Shown here piece after piece: positions 1 to 9,031 of a stretch of DNA of 64,000 nucleotides. The position numbers and the translations under genes are program-made. The notes under the pieces are model-generated. The model did not search any database and was not told the DNA's origin. It saw only the letters and a list, made by a program, of their open reading frames with translations. The stretch comes from Candidatus Niyogibacteria bacterium (lineage in GTDB: Bacteria; Patescibacteriota; Minisyncoccia; HO2-45-28), in contig CP066691.1 in the NCBI GenBank assembly GCA_016432485.1, positions 77,466 to 141,465 of the forward strand, written 5' to 3'. The first letter of the stretch is position 1, and each line of letters opens with the position of its first letter.

Positions 1-1164
1 CTTAATTTCGGGACGCTTGTCGGCCACGGCACTTTGAGGCGCGCTTCGGGTATGGACGTGTCGCGGGAAGCAAGTCCGAACGAACTTGAAAAAATGGCCT
101 ATTTGTTAAGCAGAGCTCTGCGGGAAGGAGCTTTAGGGATTTCAACCAGTTTGGGCCGCAGTTACGCTCTGGCCGCCGATGACAATGAAGTGGAAAGTCT
201 TTTATTTTTGATAAAAAAAGCGGGGAAGCTGGCAACGCACCATCTTGAAGATGAGGGAGGCGGCATTGTGGCGGCGGTTTCAAGAATTGTTTCTTTGAGC
301 CGCGCTTCCGGCGCAAGGAGCCACATTTCTCACTTTAAGGTTTTAGGCAAGAAATCCTGGCCGCAGCAAAAAAAAGCTTTAGAAATAATTGAGCGCGCGA
401 TAACCGGAGGAATGGAGATTACCGCGGATTTTTTTCCTTACACCGCGACCGGCTCCGATCTTTATCTTCTTTTACCGGAGTGGGCCATAATCGGGAAGCA
501 AAATGAAATACTTGGTCGTTTGTCCGATGCCGATATCAGAGAAAAAATTATAAACGCTTTAAAGCTCATGACTCTTCACTACGATAAAATAATCGCGGCT
601 TCAACTTTAAAAGACACTAATGTTGTCGGAAAAAGCCTGGAAGCCGCGGCTAAGGATGCCGGTTTAAGTCCGGAAGAAATGATTATTAATCTGCTTATAG
701 CCAATAATCTGCAGGTCAGTATTTTTAACGAAGTCATTTCGGAGGAAAATATGCTTGAACTGGCTTCCAAGGACTATACGGCTATATCTTCCGACGGTTT
801 TGGTCTTGGGGCGGGCCTCAAATCCCCGCAAAACAACCTTTCGCATCCAAGGTCGTTCGGCGCCTTCCCGCGGGCTTTGAGATGGCTTGTGAAGGAAAAG
901 GGGGTTTTGAGCTGGGAAGAGGCCATACGAAAGATGACCAGCTTGCCCGCGAAAATTTTGGGTATTGAAAAAAGAGGGCAGATTAAAGAGGACTTTTTCG
1001 CGGACATAGTACTTTTTGACCCCGAGACGATCACGGATGAAGCCGACTACAAAAATCCACATCGTTTTTCGAGGGGAGTGGAGCATCTTTTCATCAACGG
1101 ACAGGCCGTTTTATCCGGCGGAGAATTAACGGGAGAAAGACCGGGAAGAGTGATTATGAAATAA
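1..1164 (+). CDS. N-acyl-D-amino-acid deacylase (D-aminoacylase)-like amidohydrolase, C-terminal part; 5' end upstream of window
   Basis: Frame 1 is open from nt 1 to the stop at 1162-1164. The translation (…ADFFPYTATGSDLY…, …RGVEHLFINGQAVLSGGELTGERPGRVI) resembles the C-terminal half of D-aminoacylase-type amidohydrolases. Confidence 0.5.
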   Translation, partial: LNFGTLVGHGTLRRASGMDVSREASPNELEKMAYLLSRALREGALGISTSLGRSYALAADDNEVESLLFLIKKAGKLATHHLEDEGGGIVAAVSRIVSLSRASGARSHISHFKVLGKKSWPQQKKALEIIERAITGGMEITADFFPYTATGSDLYLLLPEWAIIGKQNEILGRLSDADIREKIINALKLMTLHYDKIIAASTLKDTNVVGKSLEAAAKDAGLSPEEMIINLLIANNLQVSIFNEVISEENMLELASKDYTAISSDGFGLGAGLKSPQNNLSHPRSFGAFPRALRWLVKEKGVLSWEEAIRKMTSLPAKILGIEKRGQIKEDFFADIVLFDPETITDEADYKNPHRFSRGVEHLFINGQAVLSGGELTGERPGRVIMK

Positions 1165-1194
1165 AGAAACCTTAAATCGGACAGGCATCTGTCC

Positions 1195-1320
1195 GATTTA
1201 ATAAAATCCCTTAACCCCCTTACTCCCATTTTCTCCCCTTAATCCCTTTTATCCCCTTACCCCCATTTTACTTCCCATTTTCCCCCTTTAGTCCCCCTCA
1301 CCCCTTTTACCGCAGTTGTT
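1195..1320. repeat. Degenerate ~9-10 nt periodic C/T-rich tract (plus strand almost G-free; minus strand carries >=11 runs of G3-G5 separated by A-rich spacers), G-quadruplex-capable
   Basis: Read directly: ttaaccccct tactcccatt ttctcccctt aatccctttt atccccttac ccccatttta cttcccattt tcccccttta gtccccctca cccc. The minus strand reads GGGGTAAAAGGGGTGAGGGGGACTAAAGGGGGAAAATGGG…. Confidence 0.7.
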
Positions 1321-1337
1321 AGAACAACCCGCTCAAA

Positions 1338-1375
1338 ACAACATTCTAACATTCTCAAGAATGTTGGAATGTTGT
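1338..1375. promoter_or_regulatory. 18-bp near-perfect inverted repeat (acaacattctaacattct / agaatgttggaatgttgt) with 2-nt spacer
   Basis: Seen in sequence. Lies in the intergenic region between the deacylase gene and the RM operon. Possible operator or cruciform. Confidence 0.5.
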
Positions 1376-1481
1376 AGGGCGGGGTTTTAGGTTGAAATCA
1401 GGCCAAAAATGCGGGAAAGTAAGGGGAAGATGAGTAAGTCATTCACGATTTATCCAAGGGGGACATCCGGCCTCCCAGAAA

Positions 1482-1511
1482 CCAAAATACCGCTTTCGGG
1501 CGGTATTTTGG
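1482..1511. terminator. 12-bp perfect stem hairpin (ccaaaataccgc-tttcgg-gcggtattttgg) followed by ttt; terminator or attenuator-like
   Basis: Seen in sequence. The short U-tract makes the terminator assignment tentative. Confidence 0.35.
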
Positions 1512-1548
1512 TTTATAATCCCAAATCAGCAATATTTAATAAGCATAT

Positions 1549-1584
1549 TTGACTTGCACCATATTGATGCATTATGATTATAGC
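1549..1584 (+). promoter_or_regulatory. Putative sigma70-like promoter (TTGACT 1549-1554, ~17-18 nt spacer, TtATGAT/TATAGC -10 candidates) feeding a leaderless start at 1585
   Basis: Hexamers read directly. The ORF-track start at 1549 is a TTG that coincides with the -35 box. Confidence 0.3.
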
Positions 1585-1893
1585 ATGTCATTAGAAGAAA
1601 TATCGGGATACAAGGCAATAAAGCGTCTCGCCGTGGAGCGACCAGATTGGCTTCCCATCGTTCGGGAGTGTCTCGCTTTTACGAAAGAATATAAAGCCGA
1701 TTTTGCAGGAGCTTGGATATACCAGCGCTTGCAAGAAAAAGGTGGGCCAAGATTTTCAAATCTCCGCCTACTCGTTAGTTTCGGTATCTTGAAAAAAGAG
1801 GGCACTTCCCGCGCCGGCCGCCGCGCCTATTATTCGTTTGTTGATCCAGTGGGCGTTGAAGAAGCATTAAAAGAACTTTCTCAAGAAATATGA
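1585..1893 (+). CDS. Hypothetical small protein (about 102 aa), first gene of the RM/OLD operon
   Basis: ORF MSLEEISGYKAIKRLAVERPDWLPIVRECLAF…; the first ATG after the putative promoter; its stop overlaps the next start (ATATGA at 1888-1893). No family recognised. Confidence 0.45.
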   Translation: MSLEEISGYKAIKRLAVERPDWLPIVRECLAFTKEYKADFAGAWIYQRLQEKGGPRFSNLRLLVSFGILKKEGTSRAGRRAYYSFVDPVGVEEALKELSQEI

Positions 1894-2369
1894 AAACCAT
1901 TTTTGGGATTATTTTTTTAATAACGATTGGGATGACTGGTTGGTGGTTTGGTTTTTTTGATTTTGTGCCCAAAATCGGCACCCCCTTTGGCGACTTTGTC
2001 AAAAATAAAAGCGGAGAACAAAGTGCCGTGGTAATAATCCCCACAGATCCAATTGATATAGCAGATATCATTGAGAGGATAGAAAACGGCAAGACGGATG
2101 AAGAAGTACAAGATTTGTTGGATATTTATAAAGACACTTTGGTAATGGGGGATGGCAAATATTCAAATAAATGGAGGTCTAATGAGAACGAGGGCCCCAA
2201 AATTGGGATAAAAGTTAACGGTAGAACAGTAAAATGTAATTTTAATCCAGATTGGCAAAAAAGAATTGAGCTGTCGCAATTGGGCGATACTATAAATTTT
2301 TTGGGAACATTCCGTTTTATTGAATCTTGGGGGCGATACTATGTAGAAGATTGTTCCTTAACCAAATAA
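1890..2369 (+). CDS. Hypothetical membrane-anchored protein (N-terminal TM helix, 159 aa)
   Basis: ORF MKTIFGIIFLITIGMTGWWFGFF…; translationally coupled to its neighbours. No recognisable domain. Confidence 0.45.
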   Translation: MKTIFGIIFLITIGMTGWWFGFFDFVPKIGTPFGDFVKNKSGEQSAVVIIPTDPIDIADIIERIENGKTDEEVQDLLDIYKDTLVMGDGKYSNKWRSNENEGPKIGIKVNGRTVKCNFNPDWQKRIELSQLGDTINFLGTFRFIESWGRYYVEDCSLTK

Positions 2370-2377
2370 ATATTTTC

Positions 2378-4642
2378 ATGGAACTATCAGACAACGAAAA
2401 AAGAGATATCGTGAAATATTTGGAAGCGGGAAAACCGCTTCCGGAAAAGTATCGTTTTTTGCTTTTTGATGATGATAGAGAAGTTGAGTTACTTTGGAAT
2501 GGTAAGACAAATGAGGTAACGAATGTTGTCTTACCTTTTCAAGTTATTGAGCAAATAGACGAGCCGAGGAGCGACGCAAAATTTGGCAATCAAAATTCTC
2601 TTTTTGACACCTCGGGACGACAAATAACCGGATGGACGAATAAATTGATTTGGGGAGACAATAAATTGATTCTCTCATCTCTTAAAAATGGACCGCTTCG
2701 CAAAGAAATAGAAGCGCAGGGCGGTTTGAAATTGATTTATATTGACCCGCCGTTTGATGTTGGGGCGGACTTTTCTATGGATATAAAAATTGGTGATGGT
2801 GAGGATGAAGAAAGTTTTACAAAAAAACCGTCAGTGATAGAAGAAATTGCCTATCGCGACACTTGGGGCAAAGGTGCGGATAGTTTTATTGCGATGATTT
2901 ATGAGCGATTGAAACTCATGCACGATTTGCTTGCCGCAGACGGAAGTATTTATGTGCATTGTGACTGGAGAGTGAATAGCTATATGAGGTTAGTTTTAGA
3001 TGAGATTTTTGGTAAGGATAACTTTAGAAATGAAATTGTTTGGAAAAGAACATACTCAACAAAAGCACAGAGTGTTGGTTATGGTAAAACGCATGAGCTT
3101 ATTTTGTTTTACGCAAAAAGTGAGACTACTAAATTAAAGCAACTTTACCAAAAACCAGCTGATGATTATGTAGATAAATATTTTAATAAAACAGATGAGA
3201 ATGGCAAAAAGTACCAATCTTTGAGTTTGACTCAGCAAGGACAGGGTCCCGCTAGATTTTTTGGGGACAGACTAATTGAACCACCCAATGGGATGCATTG
3301 GATTTGGGGGCAAGACCGAATAACAAAAGCTTTTCAGGAAGGTAGAATAGTTTTTACAAAAAACAATTTTCCGAGACTTAAGAAATATCTTGAAGAATGG
3401 AATGAACAAGGTCGTCCGGTTGATGGACTTTGGGTTGATGATGAAGTTGGACCATTAAACTCCTGGCACGGGGAATCGCTGGATTACCCTACACAAAAAC
3501 CGGAGTCAATGCTTGGGCGTATAATTCAATCCTCTTCAAATGAAGGCGATCTTGTTGCTGATTTCTTCTGCGGTTCGGGGACAACGCTTGCGGTTGCTGA
3601 AAAACTCGGCAGAAAATGGATTGGCTCTGACTTGGGGAAATTTGGCATACATACATCACGAAAGAGAATGATTGGCGTACAGCGAGAATTGAAAAAGGAA
3701 AGCAAAAATTTCAGGGCTTTTGAAATCTTAAATGTTGGTAGATACGAAAGAGAAAATTTCCTCGCGACAAATAACGACTTGCGAGCGGAAGAGAAATCAA
3801 AACAAGCCGATAGAAAAGAAAAAGAATTTGTAAAACTCATTCTCTCTGCGTACAAAGCGGAGCCGGTGGAATCTTTTGTAAATGTTATCGGCAAGAAAAG
3901 AGATCGACTTGTGGCGGTGGGACCCATCGATACTCCGGTTTCCTCAAAACTGGTGCAGGACATTGTAAACGAGTGTATAGAAAAAGGAATAACTAAAATT
4001 GATGTGCTTGGTTTCGATTATGAAATGGGGCTTGATTTTTCCCAGTATAAAGATCAGGGCATTGATATTGCTTTCAGAATAATTCCGAGAGAAGTTTTTG
4101 ACAGAAAAGCGGTAGAAAAGGGTCAAGTGAAGTTTTATGATGTGGCGTTTATTGAAGCGAAGCCGATTATCAAAGGGAGGGGAAGCGAAAAAGAAATTTC
4201 TATCGAACTTACCGACTTTTCCGTTTTCTACAATCAAGATGATTCCGGTGAAATAGCCGAGGCGCTTCGGCCCGGTGGTTCTAAGGTTGTAGTGGAAGAT
4301 GGACAAGTGGTGAAAATCACTAAAGACAAGAAAACTGAAGAAATTTCAAAAGAAGTTTTGACTAAAAAATGGAGCGACTGGATTGATTATTGGGCGGTGG
4401 ATTTTGATTTTGCAAGCAGAAAAGAAATCATCAAAATAATTGAGGATGGTGAAGAAAAAGAAGTTTGGACTGGCGACTATATTTTCGACAACGAATGGCA
4501 GAGTTTCCGCACGAAAAAGAACAGAAATCTTGACCTCGTCACTCCTCCCAAGGTGGCTACAAAAGGCAAGCATAAAATAGCCGTAAAGGTCGTGGATATT
4601 TTCGGAAATGACACGACAAAGGTAATAGAAGTAAATATATGA
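2378..4642 (+). CDS. mod: Type III-like restriction-modification methyltransferase (Mod; beta-class N6-adenine/N4-cytosine MTase)
   Basis: Motif IV LIYIDPPFDVGADF comes before motif I DFFCGSGTT, and FRNEIVWKR is present. This order is the beta-class arrangement used by Type III Mod. Start taken at MELSDNEKRD (ATG 2378) after the stop of the upstream ORF. Confidence 0.8.
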   Translation: MELSDNEKRDIVKYLEAGKPLPEKYRFLLFDDDREVELLWNGKTNEVTNVVLPFQVIEQIDEPRSDAKFGNQNSLFDTSGRQITGWTNKLIWGDNKLILSSLKNGPLRKEIEAQGGLKLIYIDPPFDVGADFSMDIKIGDGEDEESFTKKPSVIEEIAYRDTWGKGADSFIAMIYERLKLMHDLLAADGSIYVHCDWRVNSYMRLVLDEIFGKDNFRNEIVWKRTYSTKAQSVGYGKTHELILFYAKSETTKLKQLYQKPADDYVDKYFNKTDENGKKYQSLSLTQQGQGPARFFGDRLIEPPNGMHWIWGQDRITKAFQEGRIVFTKNNFPRLKKYLEEWNEQGRPVDGLWVDDEVGPLNSWHGESLDYPTQKPESMLGRIIQSSSNEGDLVADFFCGSGTTLAVAEKLGRKWIGSDLGKFGIHTSRKRMIGVQRELKKESKNFRAFEILNVGRYERENFLATNNDLRAEEKSKQADRKEKEFVKLILSAYKAEPVESFVNVIGKKRDRLVAVGPIDTPVSSKLVQDIVNECIEKGITKIDVLGFDYEMGLDFSQYKDQGIDIAFRIIPREVFDRKAVEKGQVKFYDVAFIEAKPIIKGRGSEKEISIELTDFSVFYNQDDSGEIAEALRPGGSKVVVEDGQVVKITKDKKTEEISKEVLTKKWSDWIDYWAVDFDFASRKEIIKIIEDGEEKEVWTGDYIFDNEWQSFRTKKNRNLDLVTPPKVATKGKHKIAVKVVDIFGNDTTKVIEVNI

Positions 4643-6288
4643 AGTTTATAAAAAAAATAGAGATTCATTCTTTTAGGTCATGTGAAAATATGCACATTGA
4701 AAATTGTGAAAATTTTAATGTTTTTTTGGGTCTCAACAATTCTGGCAAATCAAATATTCTACGTGCTTTAAATTTATTTTTTAACGGAGAAATTGAGCCG
4801 GGTTTCAAATTTCTTTTGGAAAGAGATGGTAATTTCCCTCCCAAGAAACGTAAAAAGAAAGAAGTTGAAATTAGTATTACTTTTGATACAAGAGAATTAA
4901 AAAAATTACCCCAGTTTAAAAAGGCTGTTGGAAACATTGTTGATGATTATGTAATTACAAAAGTATGGGGTTACCAAGGTTTTTCTGAGGGCCTAATTGT
5001 TGCTAAAGGAAAAGACCAGCTTGATAAGGCCCAAAACCTTCTAAAATTTATAAGATTTCGATATTTAGTTGCTCATCGAGACCCTGCAAAAATCATTATA
5101 GAATCAGAAAAGCGTATACGAAAGGAACTACTTAGAAGGTTTAATTCACGTATTAAAAAGTCGCAAATTTCTGGAGGACAAAATTCCATTACCGAGGTTT
5201 TAAAAATTCTCGAAGATGCTTCAAAGTCATTAATTGACCCAATCGCACTACCCGTTAAAAGCTTATCACCGGAAGTTAAAGACCTTATCCTTTTAACACC
5301 TAAAACATTTCAAGATCTAGTTATTTCCTTGGGATACGCCGTTCAATTAAAAAATGAAAAAATGATTTCCGAAGAATTACAGGGGTCAGGCTTCCAAAGC
5401 CATTTAATGTTTAGAGTTTTGTACTTTGCGGATACGGCGTATAGTTTAGATTTTGGTTGGAAAGGTATAACAATTTGGGCTATCGAAGAACCGGAATCTT
5501 TTCTCCATAAAAATTTAGAGATAGAATTAGGGAAATTTTTTAATGAAATTTCTGAAAAATTTCGTATACAAATTTTTTGCACGACACATAGTGATGTTTT
5601 CCCTCAATATGCAAAAATGTCTTATTTAGCAAAATTTGATGATCTAAAATACTCTCAACTACAATACGATGTATCAAAAAAAATTATTCATGAGTCCTCA
5701 AAATTGGGTATTTCTTCGTTTGTTCATACACTACATTTTCAACAGGGAGTGCCACTTGTTTTAGTAGAGGGTAAAACTGACAAGAAAGTTGTGAATAAAA
5801 CCTTAGAACTTTTAGGTGATGCTGAATTTTTCAGTATTTTTGATAATTTTGATTTGAATCTAGACTCTGGTGGTGTTTCTCAATTATTAAAATATTTACA
5901 AAACAACAAGTTAGTTATTGATAGTAGACAAAAACCCTTTTATATTATTTTAGATTGGAATGAAGAGAATAAAACAGTTAATCAATTTAAAAAGATTAGT
6001 AAAAATATTTTTCCATATAAGTTTGACGAGTCAAAATGTAATCCAAATCTTGACAATAGTTTTAGTGGTATAGAAAGATATTTAACAACAGACTTTATTA
6101 AGAATCCTGCAACAGAAAAGACATTTTCGTATCAAACTGATTCTGTAAATTCTTCTATTTTGTCAATGAAAAAGAGAGTATTGGACGATAATAAAGTTTT
6201 TTTAGCTGATTATTTTGTGAAAAATGCTAGTAAATTGGATTTAAAATTTTTAGAACCAGAAATTAAGAAAGCTTTACACTTAAGTTAA
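4639..6288 (+). CDS. OLD-family ATP-dependent endonuclease-like protein (N-terminal ABC-type ATPase, C-terminal Toprim-like domain)
   Basis: Walker A GLNNSGKSNILRAL, Walker B/D-loop ITIWAIEEPESFLH, H-loop CTTHSD, and a C-terminal PLVLVEGKTDKKVV Toprim-like EGxxD motif. Its ATG overlaps the mod stop (ATATGA). Very AT-rich. Confidence 0.6.
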   Translation: MKFIKKIEIHSFRSCENMHIENCENFNVFLGLNNSGKSNILRALNLFFNGEIEPGFKFLLERDGNFPPKKRKKKEVEISITFDTRELKKLPQFKKAVGNIVDDYVITKVWGYQGFSEGLIVAKGKDQLDKAQNLLKFIRFRYLVAHRDPAKIIIESEKRIRKELLRRFNSRIKKSQISGGQNSITEVLKILEDASKSLIDPIALPVKSLSPEVKDLILLTPKTFQDLVISLGYAVQLKNEKMISEELQGSGFQSHLMFRVLYFADTAYSLDFGWKGITIWAIEEPESFLHKNLEIELGKFFNEISEKFRIQIFCTTHSDVFPQYAKMSYLAKFDDLKYSQLQYDVSKKIIHESSKLGISSFVHTLHFQQGVPLVLVEGKTDKKVVNKTLELLGDAEFFSIFDNFDLNLDSGGVSQLLKYLQNNKLVIDSRQKPFYIILDWNEENKTVNQFKKISKNIFPYKFDESKCNPNLDNSFSGIERYLTTDFIKNPATEKTFSYQTDSVNSSILSMKKRVLDDNKVFLADYFVKNASKLDLKFLEPEIKKALHLS

Positions 6289-6295
6289 AAAGTTT

Positions 6296-8989
6296 ATGGC
6301 ACTACATAAAGACTTTCCAAAAAACCCATACGCGATACTTGACCCGAATATTCGGTGGTTTCCTGCTGACGAAGATTTGCGGGAAAAAGGAGCTATTCAA
6401 AAACTTTTACCTCCTCTTGTCGCGGGTTTGCGGGAAAAAGTAAAAGAATGGCGAGATAAAAATTACGAGGGGGCAAGTAATACTTCTAAATCACTTTTGA
6501 ACTGGTGGTTCAAGGAGGAACATATTTTATATGACCAACACGGAGTATCTTCTCATTTCAAATACTATTTCGCGCAAAGAGAAGCGCTGGAAACAGTCGT
6601 ATGGCTTTATGAGGTGGCGAAAGTAAAAGATAAATACGACCTCATTCGTTACAACTCTACCGGCGTATTAAGTCCGCAAATGTTTACTGAAGAGTGGCTT
6701 CGCTTTGTGATAAAAATGGCGACTGGTGCGGGTAAGACCAAAGTAATGAGTCTAGTTGTCGCATGGGCGTATTTTCATAAAAAGTATGAGGAAGGTTCAA
6801 ATTTGGCAAAGAACTTTCTTTTAATAACGCCGAATGTCATTGTTTTTGAAAGAATAAAGAATGATTTTGAAGGATTGAAGATATTTTTTAGCGATCCTGT
6901 TTTGCCGGATAACGGCTATCACGGACAAAACTGGCAGGATGATTTTCAGATGACTCTGCATTTACAGGATGATTTGCGCAATGTTTCTGACACTGGAAAT
7001 ATATTTTTGACTAACATCCACAGAGTTTTTGAGGGTGATGTGCGCGAAGCGAGTGCAGAAGATGAGGACACTTCTCGATACTTCTTAGGCGATAAACCAG
7101 TCACAAAAACAAGCGACTCTACTGTGGATTTGGGGATGATAGTAAGAGATATCGACGAGCTTATTGTAATCAATGATGAAGCTCACCATTTGCACGATGA
7201 TAAATCAGCTTGGGTTAAATCAATTACCGACATAGACAATCGGCTTAAACAGAAAGGCGCGGGGCTATCTTTACAGCTTGACTTTACGGCTACACCAAAA
7301 AAGAACGATGGCTCCATTTTTGTGCAAACAATTTCCGACTATCCGCTTGTTGAGGCAATTCACCAAAGAGTTGTTAAAAATCCGGTTGTGCCGGACGCGG
7401 CAAGCCGAGGAAAACTGAAAGAAAATCAAAACACACTATTTAGCGAGAGATACCGAGATTATATAAATCTTGGTATTGAAGAATGGAAAAAAACATACGA
7501 AGTATTAAAACCGATGGGTAAAAAATCCATTCTTTTTATTATGACAGACGATACAAGGAATTGTGATGAGGTGGCGGAGTATATTGAAACAAGTTTTAAA
7601 GAGTTGAAAGGGGCAGTTTTGACTATACACACAAACAAGAGCGGAGAAATTTCTGAAAGTGTGTCCGGTAAAAGTAAAGAGGAATTGGATGTGCTTCGCA
7701 AACAAGCGAATGAAATTGATAGTTGGGAAAGCCCGTTCAAAGTAATTATTTCCGTAATGATGTTGAAAGAGGGTTGGGATGTAAAAAATGTAACGACAAT
7801 CGTCGGGCTACGACCTTTCGCAGCCGATTCAAAAATTCTGCCCGAACAAACTCTCGGACGAGGACTCCGTAGGATGTTTTTTGGCAGAGATGATGTTGAG
7901 GAATATGTGAGTGTTGTCGGAACTCCCGCTTTTATGGACTTTGTTGAATCAATCAAGGGCGAGGGCGTTATTCTTGAAAAGAAAGCGATGGGAACGGGAG
8001 CCAAGCCGATAGCTCCGATGGTTATTGAGGTTGATAAGGATAATCCGAAAAAGGACATTGAGAAGCTTGATATTGAGATTCCGGTGATGTCCCCTAGAAT
8101 TCAGAGGGAGTATAAAAACCTAGCCGAGCTGGATGTTTCCAAATTTGGGAATAAAAAGGTCAAAGTAAAAACATTCTCCGAAGAAGAAAAACGAGAAATC
8201 GTGTTTAAGGATGTTGTTGATGAAAAAATCCATCACACAACGATACTTTCTGGCGACATTGAACCTGATTATCAAAGCGTTATCGGATTTTTTGCGCAGG
8301 CAATAATGCGAGAACTACGGCTTTTTGGTTGCTACGATATTTTATTCGGCAAGGTAAGAGAGTTTGTGCAAAATAATATGTTTGACAGTCCCGTGAATTT
8401 ATCAGACCTCAATACTCTGCGAAATTTATCCGAGGTGGAGTATATACGGCTTATAAAAGATTCTTTCAAGAAAGCCATTAACGATCTTACAGTCGAAGAC
8501 AAAGGAGACACAGAGATAAAGAACTACATCAAAATTAGCGAAGCACGTCCTTTTGTCGTTAATGATAAATCGTATTTAATACCCAAAAAGTCTGTTTTCA
8601 ATAAGATTGTTGGCGATAGCGATTTTGAGCTAGTATTTTCTGATTTTCTCGAAAATTGTGATGATGCGATTTCTTTCGCAAAGAATTTTCAAAATAAAGA
8701 AGCGAGCGCGCTTAGAATTGAGTATAAAAATTCGGAAGGATTTATTGCTACCTACTACCCCGATTTCTTTGTTAAGAAAGATGAAAAAACGGTTTATATT
8801 ATTGAAACGAAAGGACGAGAAGAAGATGACGACAAGCTAAAATTTGAAAGACTGCAAAAGTGGTGTGAGGATGTAAATGATCGACAAAATCGGGTCGTCT
8901 ATAAAGCACTTTATATCAAACAAGAAGAATGGAAAAAAGATAAATTCAAGAATTTTGATGAGGTTGTTAGGGTGTTTGATTTAAAATAA
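6296..8989 (+). CDS. res: Type III restriction enzyme Res subunit (SF2 DEAH helicase fused to a C-terminal PD-(D/E)XK nuclease)
   Basis: Walker A MATGAGKTKV, DEAH box VINDEAHHL, motif VI QTLGRGLRR, and a C-terminal nuclease motif YYPDFFVKKDEKTVYIIETKGRE. Confidence 0.85.
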   Translation: MALHKDFPKNPYAILDPNIRWFPADEDLREKGAIQKLLPPLVAGLREKVKEWRDKNYEGASNTSKSLLNWWFKEEHILYDQHGVSSHFKYYFAQREALETVVWLYEVAKVKDKYDLIRYNSTGVLSPQMFTEEWLRFVIKMATGAGKTKVMSLVVAWAYFHKKYEEGSNLAKNFLLITPNVIVFERIKNDFEGLKIFFSDPVLPDNGYHGQNWQDDFQMTLHLQDDLRNVSDTGNIFLTNIHRVFEGDVREASAEDEDTSRYFLGDKPVTKTSDSTVDLGMIVRDIDELIVINDEAHHLHDDKSAWVKSITDIDNRLKQKGAGLSLQLDFTATPKKNDGSIFVQTISDYPLVEAIHQRVVKNPVVPDAASRGKLKENQNTLFSERYRDYINLGIEEWKKTYEVLKPMGKKSILFIMTDDTRNCDEVAEYIETSFKELKGAVLTIHTNKSGEISESVSGKSKEELDVLRKQANEIDSWESPFKVIISVMMLKEGWDVKNVTTIVGLRPFAADSKILPEQTLGRGLRRMFFGRDDVEEYVSVVGTPAFMDFVESIKGEGVILEKKAMGTGAKPIAPMVIEVDKDNPKKDIEKLDIEIPVMSPRIQREYKNLAELDVSKFGNKKVKVKTFSEEEKREIVFKDVVDEKIHHTTILSGDIEPDYQSVIGFFAQAIMRELRLFGCYDILFGKVREFVQNNMFDSPVNLSDLNTLRNLSEVEYIRLIKDSFKKAINDLTVEDKGDTEIKNYIKISEARPFVVNDKSYLIPKKSVFNKIVGDSDFELVFSDFLENCDDAISFAKNFQNKEASALRIEYKNSEGFIATYYPDFFVKKDEKTVYIIETKGREEDDDKLKFERLQKWCEDVNDRQNRVVYKALYIKQEEWKKDKFKNFDEVVRVFDLK

Positions 8990-9031
8990 TTTATGGAACC
9001 CTGGCCAACAAAAAATTAAAAAAATAAATTT

